This document shows positions 1 to 13,510 of a stretch of DNA of 64,000 nucleotides, piece after piece (position 1 is the stretch's first letter; the number at the start of each line of letters is the position of its first letter). The position numbers were made by a program, and so were the translations under genes. This DNA is from Dipteris shenzhenensis (Eukaryota). The notes beneath the pieces were generated by a model. It was not told the DNA's origin. It did no database searches and saw only the letters and a list, made by a program, of their open reading frames with translations. The DNA lies in the NCBI GenBank assembly GCA_047967505.1, contig CM106538.1. One strand, written 5' to 3'.

Positions 1-612
1 TAATAACGATGAGAAGTGAATTGTTGGGCATGCCTCTCTATACTAGTTTTTTTAGGTCATAGTTTCCAATAAACTTGAATTTGAGGGTCGATATAAGCAA
101 TGGATTGTTCTTAGGTTTGTGGTATAAGTTTTGTTTGAGTAGACGTTATCCTTTTTATATTTTTAATTGCGTATTACTAAACATGTTTTATTACGTATTA
201 CTAAACATGTGATACAACAATTGCTTACTTATTCAGAAAGAAAAAATAAAGCCAAATTATAGTTGCATAGTGACAATAACATTTCATTAGAATGTTTGAT
301 AGTATTGCTTTCGATTTTAGTCTTCTAGCCAAAGCATGATTAGATGCATAACTTGTTCCATCCATGACCTATGTGTTACTTATGCATTGCTCAACAAAAT
401 TTGACAAACATGCTATTGAAGCTTATCAAACCATTCTAGACTTTAATCTGAGACCAAAACATTACAAAAATTCCTTTTCGAATGAGATCAATAAACCATT
501 GCAAATGCTATTTCGCATGACATTGTGAAGCGTGTACCTTAGATTAAAAAACAAAACACAATATTTTGTGAATTCCTCCACTCATGATATCCACTCAGCA
601 ATGTTCTAGCAT

Positions 613-1225
613 GCTCCGATACCAATGTAATGTGCATACAATATTAAAGCTATCTTTGATCATACATCATCTCCTTGTCTAAGCGGAAGCATATACATGT
701 CTAAGGGTGGAAATGTAAGCTTACCTAAAAGACAAATACTAAAAGAGAAAGAGACCAAAAGACAATGTGTAAAATACCACACAATGCATGATTGAGTTGG
801 AAGACCCTTCTTCTATGAAGAGAGTATTTACTTTACATGTGGCCCAATGTGGGCAAAAGATGAAAATTGATCTTTGGTGATATTTGTAGCTTGATTTACC
901 CTAAAATGGAAGTAATAAAAAATATTGAGTTCATAAATATGCAATGTTCTTTGAATGGGCCATGCTATTTCTTGCCTTATGTCCAAAAGGACAGCCATAG
1001 GTTACTTTATATCTTGCCTTATGTCCCCTAGCTTGGGAGATTCCCAGCTTTCATGTGCTTTGAAGGGGTGACCTGTGGAAAAACCACCCTTTTTCCCACC
1101 CTTTTAGATCACTATTCTTGCAGTGGGAGTAGAGACGGCATAGAGGACTAAGATGGGTTTCCTCTTAAATTCTCCTTAAATAATAATAAAAATCCCAAGA
1201 ATTATTAAAGGAGGCCTCACTAACA
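613..1225 (-). mobile_element. Probable LTR with adjacent tRNA-iMet PBS (decayed LTR retrotransposon)
   Basis: GCTCCGATACCA at 613-624 is a one-mismatch reverse complement of TGGTATCAGAGC. It is followed by TGTAATGTG at 626 and a candidate end CACTAACA at 1225. No partner LTR is seen. Confidence 0.45.
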
Positions 1226-2169
1226 TGGTGAACAAGGACATATAGTAGGCTCATTTAGGATGCCAAGGTTCATTTTAACGACTATGAAGATATCAAAACA
1301 AAGCTATGTAGGGGATCCCTTATGATGCTTAATCAACATTTTGTAGAATAAATAATAAAATTCTTACTTGTTAACTTTATTATAGGCATATGCTTTTGTT
1401 TTTTTTTTAATCCAATTATATTAGAAGGGTGGTCAGCCCTCGAGGCCAGACTAGATTATAAAACTCGGCCTTCTAGGGTTACACATGCTTGGCCTACGCT
1501 GCAAACAACCCACTAAACCTACCCCACATGCAAATTATTAGCTTCTATTAACAATAGAGCATGACTTACAACCGGGGCCTTGCTTTCCATAAAAAATAAA
1601 AAAATCCTAAGAAAGATCTTAGCCAAGACAGTTTGTCATTGGTAGTTCTAATATTGTATAATTAGATGAATGGTTTTCTTTAACGATCCATGGAGACCAG
1701 CTAGCCAAGGCTCTGTCTTAGCCCTTGTTCTCTTTTATATCTCTTCCTAACCATGAGCTCATAGATTAGTTCAATATCGAGCAAGTGATATACATGCTGT
1801 CTGAAAAATGATAAGAGCAGTGACCATTGATTTTGCAATTGAGGATCCTTTTCACCCTTTATTGTGCATACAATATTAGAGTTATTGAATGCCTGATAGA
1901 ATTAATAAACAAATAGTCATATTAAGCTCTGCAAAAAAAGAGCAAAGGCACATAAGAGCAAAAATGCCAACAAAAACATAGCCATGATTAAGTGGTAGAA
2001 AAAGAACAAAGGCATGGAAGGAAGAGCATGAAATTGCTTGTACAAAGGATGAAAACTAGGTAGACATGAAAACAAAGGCATGAAATTGCATGTACAAAGA
2101 ATGAAAACTAGATAGACATGTTTGATAAGCCTTGAGCAACAGCTATTGTTGATTGTTTTTATTTATTTT

Positions 2170-5100
2170 TTAAATAGATTTTTTCATTAGGGAGATGGTT
2201 AGTCTGACCTTTACAAGGGGTGGTGGGCAACCGGCCAATAAAGCACTATGCACAACCAAATGGAACCCAACTATCCTATCCGAAGTTGGCGGCCTACTTT
2301 TGCAACTAGTCCACCTAATAGAGCATCCATTTTACTCGATGACCAGCGAAAGTCACAAATGTTCGCCTTCGTCAGTGAAACCAGCGCACTTGCCCTGCCT
2401 CTACATGTCTGCCAAATGCACAACTATTACAAAATTCCCATGCTGCAAGAAGAACTGATGCATGGATGTGCGACCAACATGAACCTAGGGTCTATGGGAA
2501 ACCTTTGGTGTCACCTAAAAACACAGCTCTCCAATTTGACCCAACTTTGAAATCAGACCACAAACCCACGCGCCTCACCGCATATTGAATTTTCCTTAAA
2601 CTTCCCTAGTAATCTCATAGTTCCATAATATATGGCGCACCAATTCATCGAGCGCCCACAAAGGGGGCACAATAGGGAGGAACTTCACTCACGACCTCTG
2701 ATGGCCAACCATTAGTGTTGCACCTTCCAAAGCAGGAAGCAGGCCTTCCCTACCAGTTTGTCTTCCATAGATCTTGAGATCTTTTAGACTAGCACGCCCT
2801 CCCCTCCTCCCCTTAAACCCCATTTCCGATTCAACATAGGGAAGAGCATCAGAGACTCACATAACCGCCTGTAGATGACTTTCATCGCAATTTTCCTCAA
2901 TGAGGTTTTTCCAATCCTCCACTGATTAATCTTCCAACTATCTAAGACTACATGATTGGAGGGCCAGTTTGTTGGATATCCTTTCTAGCATCGCCCTCAT
3001 TAGACCTGCTTCCCCATTAGCTAACATGAATTGCCTCTATCGAGTCTTTAGAGGAACCCATTCCGCTCTCCTTGTCATCCTAGCCATTTCTTGATGCCCT
3101 TCCTGTGAAGGTTTTGGGCCCTCACAATGTCGTGCCTTCCAAACGGCTTGCCAGTTCTGTCCGAAGCCTTGCTCCACCAAATAATTTGTAGTAAGCTTGC
3201 ATCACCCCTAAGGCTGCTCTGGCCTTCCCAAGACAACAACCTAATGCATGTCTTCCAAGTGGATGCCTCCAAGCCTTTAACGTGAATCAGGAAATGAGAA
3301 AATAGGTGATCATACCACGATAGCTCAGACTCTCGGTCCCAACCCCCTTACACTTGCCTTTAGTAATAAAGTACTTCACCACCTCCACCCACGATGTTTT
3401 TGAACATGAAAGTCTCAGGATCCACTTGCTGATCATCAATGCGATATTTTTCTTCTCCAGGTCCAGCAACTCGAGACCCCCTCTTTCCTTCGACACCTTC
3501 AGCACTTCCCACGGAATCATGTGCAATTCCCTTCTCCCCACTTCTTCTGCCCGAAGGAAGGATCTAAACGCCTACTCAAGCTTTGACCAGTGAGATTTTT
3601 TATAGTTGCAAAAGGTTGCTAGATAGGTAGTAGCCACATAGAGAATATGCTGCAAGATCAGGCTCTAGTGTTCCAGCCTAGGCAGCACATGTGCCACTTC
3701 TTCAACTTGTCTAAAATCTTTTCCTTCACCCAATCAAAACATTGTCTTGCAATGACCCCCCACCCGAGTGGAGCACCCATATAGCTCACAATTTCTCTGT
3801 GGTTCGTACATTTCACACCTAACTGAGTTGCCCAGGATCGTCGCTAGTTCCCAACATGAAACTTTTGGCCAAGCTGCACTTGGAGCCACAGACACCAAGC
3901 AGTACTTCCTCAACAAGTCGAGCAGATTTAAGACGGGTTGGATCCTCTTGCGAGAGTGCCATGGTGTCATCGGTGAACATCTTCCCACACAGCTGCTTTC
4001 TAGAGGGGAGAACTACACCTTTAATGTTACCCACTGCCATAACTAATTTGATCATCTTGAGAAGGGGGACCGATCCTAGGGCGAACAAGAGGGGTGAAAT
4101 TGGGCACCCCTGACGAACCAATGCCGTAAGCTTGAAGTGGCCAACAACTCTACCATTAACACACAAAATTGGAGCAAGGCAAGAGACTTTTGCCTAAACC
4201 CTTTCCCCAAACCCCAATTTCTCAAGGATAGCCAAAAGAAAGTCCCAATGCACCCTATCATGCGCTTTGTCTAGATCAAAGCGAAAGCACATGATCTTTT
4301 GATTGGATGCACTCGCATAGGCCAGCACGGTTGAGATGTTCAAAATATTCTCAAAAATGCCCCATCCCTTGATGAAGCCATTCTACTCTCCACCACCTCA
4401 GCACACATGTCCTTGATCCAAATTGCAAGTGCTTTTGTGATTACCTTGAACTACACGTTCAACATCATTACTGGACACCAACCACTAACCTTTAGTCAAT
4501 TCTACTGCTTAGGAAATAAGTTCATCAAGCCGAAATTCACATCCTCTGAAGGGAGCCTAATTGGACAACCTCGTTGGCCATATCTGCTGCAAGATCTTGG
4601 ACTAGCACATCCAAGAAGTTCCTGAAAAACTCCAAGTTGAACCCATCTTTGACTCATCTACTCACTGACACAACGCTCCACCCCTTCGAGTACTTTATCC
4701 AGAGAGTGCCTCCAGTCTTCGTCCTTCACCGTCTCTTCACCCACAATTGCTCATAGCTTGTTATTGAAGACTTCTACTAGATTCTAGAATTTAGAGATAA
4801 TTTATCCCTTATCATTTATTACCCTAGCTATATTCTCATGTTACCATTTCAACTTCAGAGAGTGAAAAAAATCCTTCGATGGAAAATTTCCCACAGCAAG
4901 CCAAGATTGTCTACACTTAATGTGTGCTGCCTCCATCATTTTCAACTCAAACTCATGCAGCAACTCCTCCACCTCGATCACTAGCAAGTTGAGACGCTAG
5001 GATCTTTAGGATCCAAGGATACCGCCTCCTTGAGAGACTTCAAGCCCACATTCACCAACTTTCTGTCCTTCTTCCAATTCCTCTCTCACTCCTTAGCAAA

Positions 5101-7670
5101 AATGTGAACGTTAAGAACAATTGTGTCCCATTTTCGGCAAGGATCAACAATACCCATGGTAGCCTCCCACCACCTTGCTCTGATCTTCTCATAGAATTGT
5201 TGAGACCTCACTCTAACTGATTGGAGAACTTAAATGGAACGTCCAAGGAATGGGCGGTAGCAAGCAGCATGCAAGACTACTAAGTAACTGGGGCGTGGTC
5301 TTGATAGACTCGAGACTACATGGTAATCCCCTCTCATAGGCCCCTTCATCCACCATCCCTCTTCTAAACAATAGAAGTGATCTAATCTTCTTGCCCTAAA
5401 GTCTACCCCCCTCCGACGATTATTATTCTAGGTGAAATCACATGCATTCTCTATGTTGATCCTGAAGCATCCCTCTCCTAACTGATTAACAGACATGGTG
5501 AGTGCGATCTATCAATCTCCTCCCAAGCATCCCTCTCCTGACCAATTAACTGACATGGTGAGTGGGATCTATCAATCTCCTATTCTATAAAATCCCAATC
5601 CATCCATTTCCCTCCTACCAAACTGGAACTGAGGCACTTCCAGCACTCTGCTCTGTCTTTGGAAAGATTTGGTGCATACACGCAACCCACATTGAAATCA
5701 AAGTTATCTACTTTGACCTTAACTGCCAAAAGATATCCTTCAGCATCCTAGAACAAATCCACCCAAAATCCATCCATTTCCCTCCTACCAAACTGAAACT
5801 GAGGCACTTCTAGCACTCTACTCTATCTTTGGAAAGATTTGGCGCATACACACAACCCACATTAAAATCAAAGTTGTCTACTTTGACCTTAACTGCTAGA
5901 AGATATCCTTCAGCACCCCAGAACAGATCCACCCAAAATCTATTTCTCTTCTACCAAACTGAAATTGAGGCACTTCTTGCACTCTGCTCGGTCTTTGGAG
6001 AGATTTGGTGCATACACACAACCCACTTGAAATCAAAGTTGTCTACTTTGAACTTAACTGCCAAAAGAGATCCATCAGCATCCCAAAATAGTTCCGTAGC
6101 ATTGAGCGTGATCCTAACCAACAATGCCATAGCCCCCTACCCTCTTATCGGGCAATTGACAAAGACTTCAAAACCGATATTTTGCCAGGTGAACCAAATC
6201 GGATCATTAGCTCCACACTTGAGCTCTTGCAACAACACTATCGACGACGGATGAAAAGATTTGATAACAGATAGACATACATATTGCTTAGCCCGATCAC
6301 ACCAACCTATCACATTCCACAATAGTAATGCCACTTTTGTACTACCTACCTTGCCAATCCCATCCCCCCCCCCTCAAGAAGCCTCTTCCTATGATTTACT
6401 TCTAGCATTGATTCATCCTGGAGCCAATCAATTTGGCTTGTGTTACCAACCTCAACCACACATAGTGCTCTCTCTTCAATCGGCACTTCAGGTGGGCCTG
6501 CAAAATGCCTCTCTCCTTTGCCGGACTCCCCATCTCCTCCTTCAGGACTAGCGGACATCGTTGTGCCTTCTTGCTCGTCAACCAGCCTCTTGCTTTTTTT
6601 CCCCATCATTTCCCAACCTTCCTCTAAAGCTTGTACCGGCATGTTGGTGGCTTGCTCGACTTGTGCAATGATGTCGGTGCTTGGAGCCTTGGTACCAGTC
6701 TCCTTAAGGAAGCCACTTCGACCACCTCTTTTGGAGAAGATGGGCCGAGACCTCTGTTTCATCTCCCAGTGCCAAAATAGTGTTTGTAGCTCTATGTGGG
6801 CACTCCTTGGTGCCAGGCACTAATTATTAGGAAAGTTGATCTTAATAAAATTTGGGATCTCCTGGATTTGGTCCCTGGGGGTCCAAGCAAGTTTATGCCC
6901 CACTGGAGACTTGGAGGACAAGGGTACCTATAGTTTCCCCCACGTTGAAGCCAATTTCTTAGCTGAATCAGTCAATTATTGTGGAAGATTGGGGAACTCG
7001 ATCCATACTAGACATTCATGGAAAATGAACTCGTCAATTCAAAATGCAGGGCTCCATGGAGTTGACAAGAATGACAAACGTGTGAACATGAAGGTCTTTC
7101 CTGCTCAGTGCAAGCTAGTTCCGAATCGTTTCTAAGACACACCTGACCAGAAAGAATCTCTTTCCCAGGAGCTTAACCACATATCCATTCAAGGCCATGT
7201 CACATTCGTAGACCAAAAACCGACTGAGTTTATCCAATGATGGGGCACAGCCGGTGAAAAACAGGTAGACTCCACCCTTGGTAAGACAAGTGAGCTCGGG
7301 CTTAACATCTTCTAGTTGTAGAGTGCATTCTGAGGAGTGACTTTTCCCGCCCTCATACAAGCGAGATACCAGCTCTGTTTGGCTGCATCCTTGCCACCCA
7401 CGATGGGCAACTTTGTTGTGTAGAATTATGGCTGCCCCATCGTCCTCCATCCAAACCTGAAGACAAGCAGAGAGAGGAACATGAGTGCCACGATGATTGT
7501 GCATGATGAAGGTGGTGTGAATGCCTCCAAGCATAAGAAAAGAGAGCAAGTCAAAGTAAATATTTTCAAGGGTGGTGAGGCAGATAAGTCAAATGATGAG
7601 GGCTCGTCAAATCCCTATGAGGCTAGGGAAGGGGCTTTATTGTTGATTGTTGCCCAATTAGCATAATTAG
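2170..7670 (-). mobile_element. Near full-length decayed L1/Tx1-type LINE (ORF1, endonuclease, RT)
   Basis: Minus-strand fragments are in LINE order: ORF1-like (VKLLGKRFFLVRC, 7115-7549), APE start (LLWNVIGW...IVLLQELK, 6137-6334), RT (VRQGCPISPLLF, MFTDDT, 3819-4166) and post-RT motif (SKERGGLEL...SKWILRL, 3287-3541). A T-rich tail lies near 2155-2185. Many stops and frameshifts. Confidence 0.85.
5468..6085. repeat. Tandem duplication (~60 bp x2) and triplication (~170 bp x3) inside the LINE endonuclease
   Basis: GCATCCCTCTCCT..GATCTATCAATCTCC occurs at 5468 and 5528. The CATCCATTTCCCTCCTACCAAACTG.. unit occurs at 5601, 5771 and ~5937. Confidence 0.9.
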
Positions 7671-7743
7671 CCACCATAGAAATATTGTAAGGGTCTATGT
7701 GCAAAGTCTTCATTTAAGAAATGCGACATTTATGTCCTTGAAG

Positions 7744-8200
7744 TGTTGTTTTCATAGATTCCCAACTTGTACCACCTATGAGTAAGGTGAAATAGTAAAG
7801 TAAGTTTACTATACTCTCAAATCAAAAGTGGTGTTTTCAAACTCATGTTTTTTATACAAATATAATGAGGGTTGCGTTTACGGTGGTGTCAAGATTGTTC
7901 CATTGCTTACTTAGTAGGACTTTGTTAAGGAGGACCTTGTTATGGTATCCAGATTGTTTCCATTGCTCATTAATAATGTAGGAAATGTGATAATTGAGTC
8001 CTTGGTGTGGTGTTTTCATAGATTCACAACATGTAGCACCTATAGGAAAGGTGAAATTGCATAATTAGTTTACTATACCCTTAAATATACATGGGCATTT
8101 TCAAAGTCTGTAATTTTGATAAAATATAATGAGCATTGTGTTTATGGTATAAAAATCGCTTCCAATGCTTGTTAAGGAAGACTGTGTAAGGAACTTATAT
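7744..8200. repeat. Diverged direct repeat, period ~264 bp
   Basis: TGTTTTCATAGATT..CACCTAT..AAGGTGAAAT..AGTTTACTATAC occurs at ~7745 and ~8010. Confidence 0.75.
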
Positions 8201-9379
8201 GTTACAAGGATTAAATGAGGTCTTGCTATATTACATCTCATAAGAATTTACTATAAAAGAGATTATGAATTTAACCTCTTGTAAAGTAGATACAAAATAT
8301 ACATAGTGGGAATGCTAGATAATGAAAACTTTATCAAGGAAGTCTACGAGTTTACCTTAACATTTGAAAACTCTTGAAACCACGAAATGTTTGCCCTAGA
8401 GTAAAACTTTATTATGAGTAGATAATGAAAGGAGATCCATATCCTTGAGCTCAAGGCCCTTAAGGCTAATACAACCTTAATAAGATGGCAACCCCTAGAG
8501 AATTTAGTGGGCGATGAGGACCACAATACTTACAAAAAGGAGCAATTCTTGTAAGGTGGAGGAAGCCTTCTTTGCCTTGAGCTAGTTAGTGTAAGGGATC
8601 CCAAAACAAAGTTTGAGATTATATGAATTCATACTCAAACCCCCTTTTTTATTTGTTATCTATTAAACTAGCTAAGAATAACATAAGCGTAGATGAAAAC
8701 ATGTGAAGAGAAAAGTGGTTGTATACGTTTTTTTTTTTTTGCCTTTTTTAGCATTCGTCCATGCTCCTATTTGAGCACATTCTCACTAGTGCCCAAAATT
8801 TAAAAGGTCTAATGAAACCTTTTCCTATCATTAAAAAATATTTCATATATATTCCTTTAATATGTAAGAAGATGAAAAAAATTATCCATTTCTCAAAGTG
8901 CTTGTGATTGAAAAAAAAGCACCCCAATGATAATGAAATTGATGTCAAATTTAGAGACTTTCCTCACCATTTGGAGACCACTGGTAGCATGGAAAATAAC
9001 TCAATTTTGCTATTCTCATGTCCACCAGGTTGAATTGGGTAGGAGTGGAATGTACTAGTGCCAAAATTCAAAAGCCTTCTCTTTCCAATGACAAGCTTGT
9101 CCTATCGACAGATTTTCATTTCACCTAAAAGAGATATACATCATGTGTATCTACAACGTTCACGCATTACCCACAAGGTTCGCAAAGCGTCTTTAGTCTA
9201 TAAAGTAGGAGGCAAGGATCTCGCCATCTTTATGGAAGATGCAAGAGATACTCTCTTGCTATTGTTGGAGATGAAGCTACATATCCGAAGCTTCTAAGTT
9301 CAAGGCTAACATCAACCATTAGCCTTGAAAATAAGAGCGCGTTCAAATTTGCAGATCTTTGGCAGAGTAATCAATTAAT

Positions 9380-10082
9380 GGCAAGAATTTTTTCCTAACC
9401 ACACGGGAATGCTGTCTTTCGAGTTCCTCCTTTTACATGTGACATGTAGAATTCCGAGTGTTGGTAATTGACAAAACGCACTCCGATGACAATGAAATCG
9501 TTGTCAAATGTAAGCACCCCTCGAGTTTTGATGTGTGCACCCAGGTCAAAAACGTTTGGTAGAGTTGTTGGAGGGGGGGCGAGAGTGACGTGTAAGGGCG
9601 AGGAAACCGCCAGCTGTGCGGAGCGCGACCCCATGCATCTCAACGTCGCTGCCGTCCGCCGACCGTTTCCCGCCGGTCGCGCCCGTCGCGCCGGTTGCAG
9701 GGTACGGTACACTCAGCAGCGCGGCGGAACAAAGGCCGCAGGATATCTCCACGTGGCGGTAGACCGGAGGGGCGTCGCGATCGGTAGGATCTAGACCGTC
9801 GGTGCAGAGCTCACGATCCTCGCCGTCCATATAGGGTCGATGATCTTTTTGTGGGACGGCCCCTTTTTCATTGATTTTTTGCCCTTTTTCGTTGCTAAAA
9901 GTGCAAGATATTTTTTTCCCCAATTCTTTTAGCCTTGTTTGTTCCATTTCCGCCATTCCGTTGTTTTCCTTGATCGCCTCTAACGCACAAATACACATAC
10001 CTACTTTTTAGTTAATCTCCCCCTCCCTTTTAGTTAATCTTCCTTCTCTCTCTCTCTCTCTCACTCTCTATTTTTATTATTG

Positions 10083-10118
<36 letters not shown>

Positions 10119-10400
10119 GCACACACACACACATCAACCTTCTAGGTGATCCCACCGTTGATCCCTTTCTGGGTTGGATGTTGAGGTGTGGGCTTCCGAA
10201 ATATGCACAAGTGCCATCCGGGTACGTGGAGGCCGGCAAAAAGTTTGGCTTTGTATAGATTGTAACAGAGACAAAGACAAAGCGAAGCTAAGAGGGAGGG
10301 GAGGCACGTGGAAGAAAGGAGGAGGAAAGCGCCATGTAAATTTGGGCCGATGACGTTGAAGGTGGCGGCCTTTGGGAAATTGGAAGTGGAGTGCTAAATA
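9380..10400 (+). promoter_or_regulatory. CpG-rich upstream/promoter region of the ARM gene, with G-boxes and CT/CA microsatellites
   Basis: Dense CpG at 9580-9860 against CpG-depleted TE flanks. CCACGTGG at ~9749, GCACGTGG at ~10304, (CT)n(CA)n at 10044-10133. Confidence 0.5.
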
Positions 10401-10449
10401 GCAGAGCAGTAGCAGACTGCAGTGGAAGTAAGTAGTACAGGAGCGTTTC

Positions 10450-10820
10450 TACGGAGCTTCTTCTTGTTCCGATTTGCAGAGGACGCAGAGAAAGAGAGTG
10501 AGAGAGAGACAGAGCTCTGAGAATTTAGACCCTTACAGAGCCTCTTCTTCTCTTGATCCCATTTGCACAGAAGACCCAGAGTGAGAGAGAGACAGAACTC
10601 AGAGAATTTAGACCCTTTGAGCATTAGAGCTGCTTCTTGTTCCCATGTGCACAGAAGACAGAGAGTGAGAGAGAGACAGAGCTCTGAGAATTTAGACCCT
10701 TTGAGCCATTTTCTCTTACAGAGCTTCTTCTGTTTCTTCCATTTGCAGAAGAGAGAGAGAGAGAGAGAGTGACAGAGAGACAGAGCTCTGAGAATATAGA
10801 CCCTTTGAGCATTTTCTCTT
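10450..10820 (+). repeat. Four-copy GA-rich tandem repeat (83-104 bp) upstream of the ARM CDS
   Basis: Core GAGAGACAGAGCTCTGAGAATTTAGACCCTT, with the CAGAGCTCTG element at 10510, 10593 (variant), 10677 and 10781. Confidence 0.9.
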
Positions 10821-11405
10821 GTCCCTTGTCCTTGTAGAAGAGGATCATCATCTGGGGTCCCAGCTTGCTTTGCTCCATCGGTTTAGCTTGAGAGGCCTCA
10901 GCCGTGGAAGTCTTCCAGCCATTCGCATTTCCTTCCTTTTTATCCCATCCTTTGCATGCCTTCCTTGTTCTCCCTTCCTACGTACTCCCCTGTCCCCATT
11001 CTCCCTCACCAAACCCTCAAGCTCCCACCTTTCAAGCTCCCTGCTGCCTGCCCATTTCCTCCTTTTCATCATTCGCCTTTCCAAAGCTTTTGCTTGCTGC
11101 CTCCCTCCCTCCGTCCTTCACCCTTAGCTTCTTTGACCAAAGTGTATCACATGTCCTTTTGCTGTATAGGGATTCTTCCCTTCCGTTTCGTGTAGATGCG
11201 GTTTTGGGTCCTTTGCCTTTCATTGCGCGCCATCTGTGCGGTAGTCGCTGTTTTGGTTCACCTGCCTTTCGCTTCGCCGTCTGCGGACTTCATGTAGTCT
11301 TGGGTTGTCGATCTTTCATGTTATCTGAATTAGGAGCAGCAGGATCCTTCAGTGGGCACTTTGAGTAGCCTGGAGCGCATTTCTATTTTAGCTGCGAAAG
11401 GAAAC

Positions 11406-11704
11406 ATGGTGTCGGAAGAGGACAAGCTAGAGCAGGAACTCCAGGCCTTGGAGAACGATTCCCTGAATGGCAGCAAGCAAGGCATGCAGGATGTATTATG
11501 GTCTCTTCTATATGGTGTGGGCGAATCTCGGCTGAGAGCTGCAAGGGAGATTAGGAGATTGACCAAAACTTCTGCAAAGAGCAGAGCCTACTTGGCCGCT
11601 GCTGGTGTTATTATCCCGCTGGTCTCTATGTTAAAATCTTCTTCAGCGGAGGCAAAGGAAGCAGCAGTTTTAGCCTTACTGAATCTTGCCGTGCGAAATG
11701 AAAG
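11406..11704 (+). CDS. ARM-repeat protein without U-box, exon 1
   Basis: ATG at 11406. Encodes RLRAAREIRRLTKTSAKSRAYLAAAGVIIPLVSML..EAAVLALLNLAVRNE. Donor AG|GTTTGT at 11704/11705 (phase 2). Confidence 0.93.
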
Positions 11705-12639
11705 GTTTGTAACTCATATCTACGCCGAAGTTTTTTATCTCCTGCGGTTCTTGTGAAGATCTGATTGTATGTTTTGCTCGCAAAGAGAACAATCATCTCT
11801 CCAGTTTAGAGGCTGAACATCTCCCTTCCTAGGTCTTATTCTGTCTGGGGATCATGAGCATCCTTCTGATTCCTCTCTTTGACCCACCGTAGGATTAGCT
11901 CCTTATGGACTTGCTAGCTTTCTGTCCTAGAGCGAGCACGTCTTGTGAGCATGATCTCTTTCAGTACAGTCAAGACGGCTTCTCTCTTCGATACAGTTGG
12001 ACGTTTCAAGGATTGTATTTACCATAGTCTGTAATCTCCGTTTACAGGCTTATGTCAGAAGCATGTAACAATTCGTTTTCGTTTTTTGCGAGTACGCCTA
12101 GAGGTGTCGCTCTTAGATTTAAAAGTTCGAGCTGTATCACGTCGATGCAATCATACATATGCCTTTCATCTTTGTTTGAACATTGATCAGATGCAAGCCT
12201 CTTCAGTCTTCGCAAGTGTATTTTTTCCAAGCTTTTGATAAGCGGATTTTTCTGATGACACTTTTCAATTCTTGCAATTCTGTTGCAACTATCTGGAGTG
12301 ATGGCGAGCTGTCAGAGGTTTACAGAAATGTTTATAGAAAGCTCTGTTCTTATGTGTAGCGTGTCTTCTAGTTTTATTCATCTGGAACCAGGGACGAATT
12401 GTTTAGCCTACCCTTCAATCAATCTTGGTCTCATGATTTTTAAGCCCTTGCATCCATGGTACTGATGCATGTCTAGTCTCTGGTATGCTGATGTCATGAA
12501 GAGAGCGTAAGGTTTGAGTCATACTTCACGTGAATAGAGGTGCCTAGATCAGCATCTTGCTTACGTCAGGTCCATTGAGTGTCTGACATGCCTCCTTAAA
12601 AAGTTTCTGACCTAGGTTATGTCATTCTTTGTTTTACAG

Positions 12640-13510
12640 GAACAAAGTGAGAATTGTTAAGGCTGGTGCAATTGTACCCCTGGTCGAGCTGCTGCAGTCA
12701 GGAGATGCAAATCTGAGGGAATCAGCTGCAGCTGCAGTACTGACTTTATCTGCCTCAAATGTTAACAAGCCTGTAATTGGTGCTTCAGGGTCAACTCCTC
12801 TTCTTGTAGAGATGATTACTTCAGGAAGCCTTCAAGGCAAGGTTGATGCTGTTATGGCTTTGTACAATCTATCAACTTATCCAGACAATCTGCTACCCAT
12901 TCTTGCAGCCGGTGCTGTTGTTCCTTTAATCTATCTGCTGAAAGACTGCAAAAAGTCATCAAAGGTGGCAGAAAAGACGACTGCTTTGCTTGAATCTTTG
13001 ATGAGTTTCGAGGAGGGCAGGTCTACTGTCGTAAAAGAAGAGGGAGGCCTATTGGCAATGGTTGAAGTATTGGAAGAAGGATCCCTGCCAGGCCGGGAAC
13101 ATGCTGTTGGAGCTCTGCTTACAATGTGCCAGAGTAGTAGATACAAGTACAGAGATGCTATTCTCCAGGAAGGGGTGATCCCAGGACTATTAGAACTCAC
13201 AGTTCAAGGCACCCCACAAGCCCAGCAAAAGGCCCGGAACTTGTTGGAGTTGTTGAGGGATTCCTCAGAGTCTAGGAGGTCTGCTTCTGCCTCTGCATCT
13301 GCTTCTGCTGTACTAGAGAGTATTGTATATGACATTGCTGCCCACGTGGATAGTGGAGAGCCTGGTACAGAAACAGCCAAGAAAATGTTGACAGAAATGG
13401 TCCAGCTGAGCATGGAGCAGAGCATGCGTCATTTGCAACAAAGGACATTGGTCTGTGTCCCCTCTGATCTCTCTCGCCCTAACTGTGTCGCAGAGGTTCC
13501 CTCCAAGTAG
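12640..13510 (+). CDS. ARM-repeat protein, exon 2 (spliced CDS 1170 nt, 389 aa; resembles the At3g03440/At4g12710 type)
   Basis: Acceptor TTTTACAG|G at 12639/12640 restores RNERNKVRIVKAGA. ARM repeats follow, with a C-terminal AKKMLTEMVQLSMEQSMRHLQ motif and TAG at 13508-13510. Family assignment is from recall. Confidence 0.93.

Noticed and set aside
9395-9998. ORFs of 105-150 aa on both strands
   Set aside because: No recognisable domain; such ORFs are expected in GC-rich sequence.
10640-10790. Resemblance of ACAGAAGA..GAGAGTGAG to miR156/miR529
   Set aside because: There is no full mature match and no clear star arm; GA-repeat content explains it.
11352-11405. GTG-initiated extension, and intron read-through, in the ORF track for the ARM gene
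   Set aside because: The ATG at 11406 and the GT-AG intron 11705-12639 give the coherent protein.
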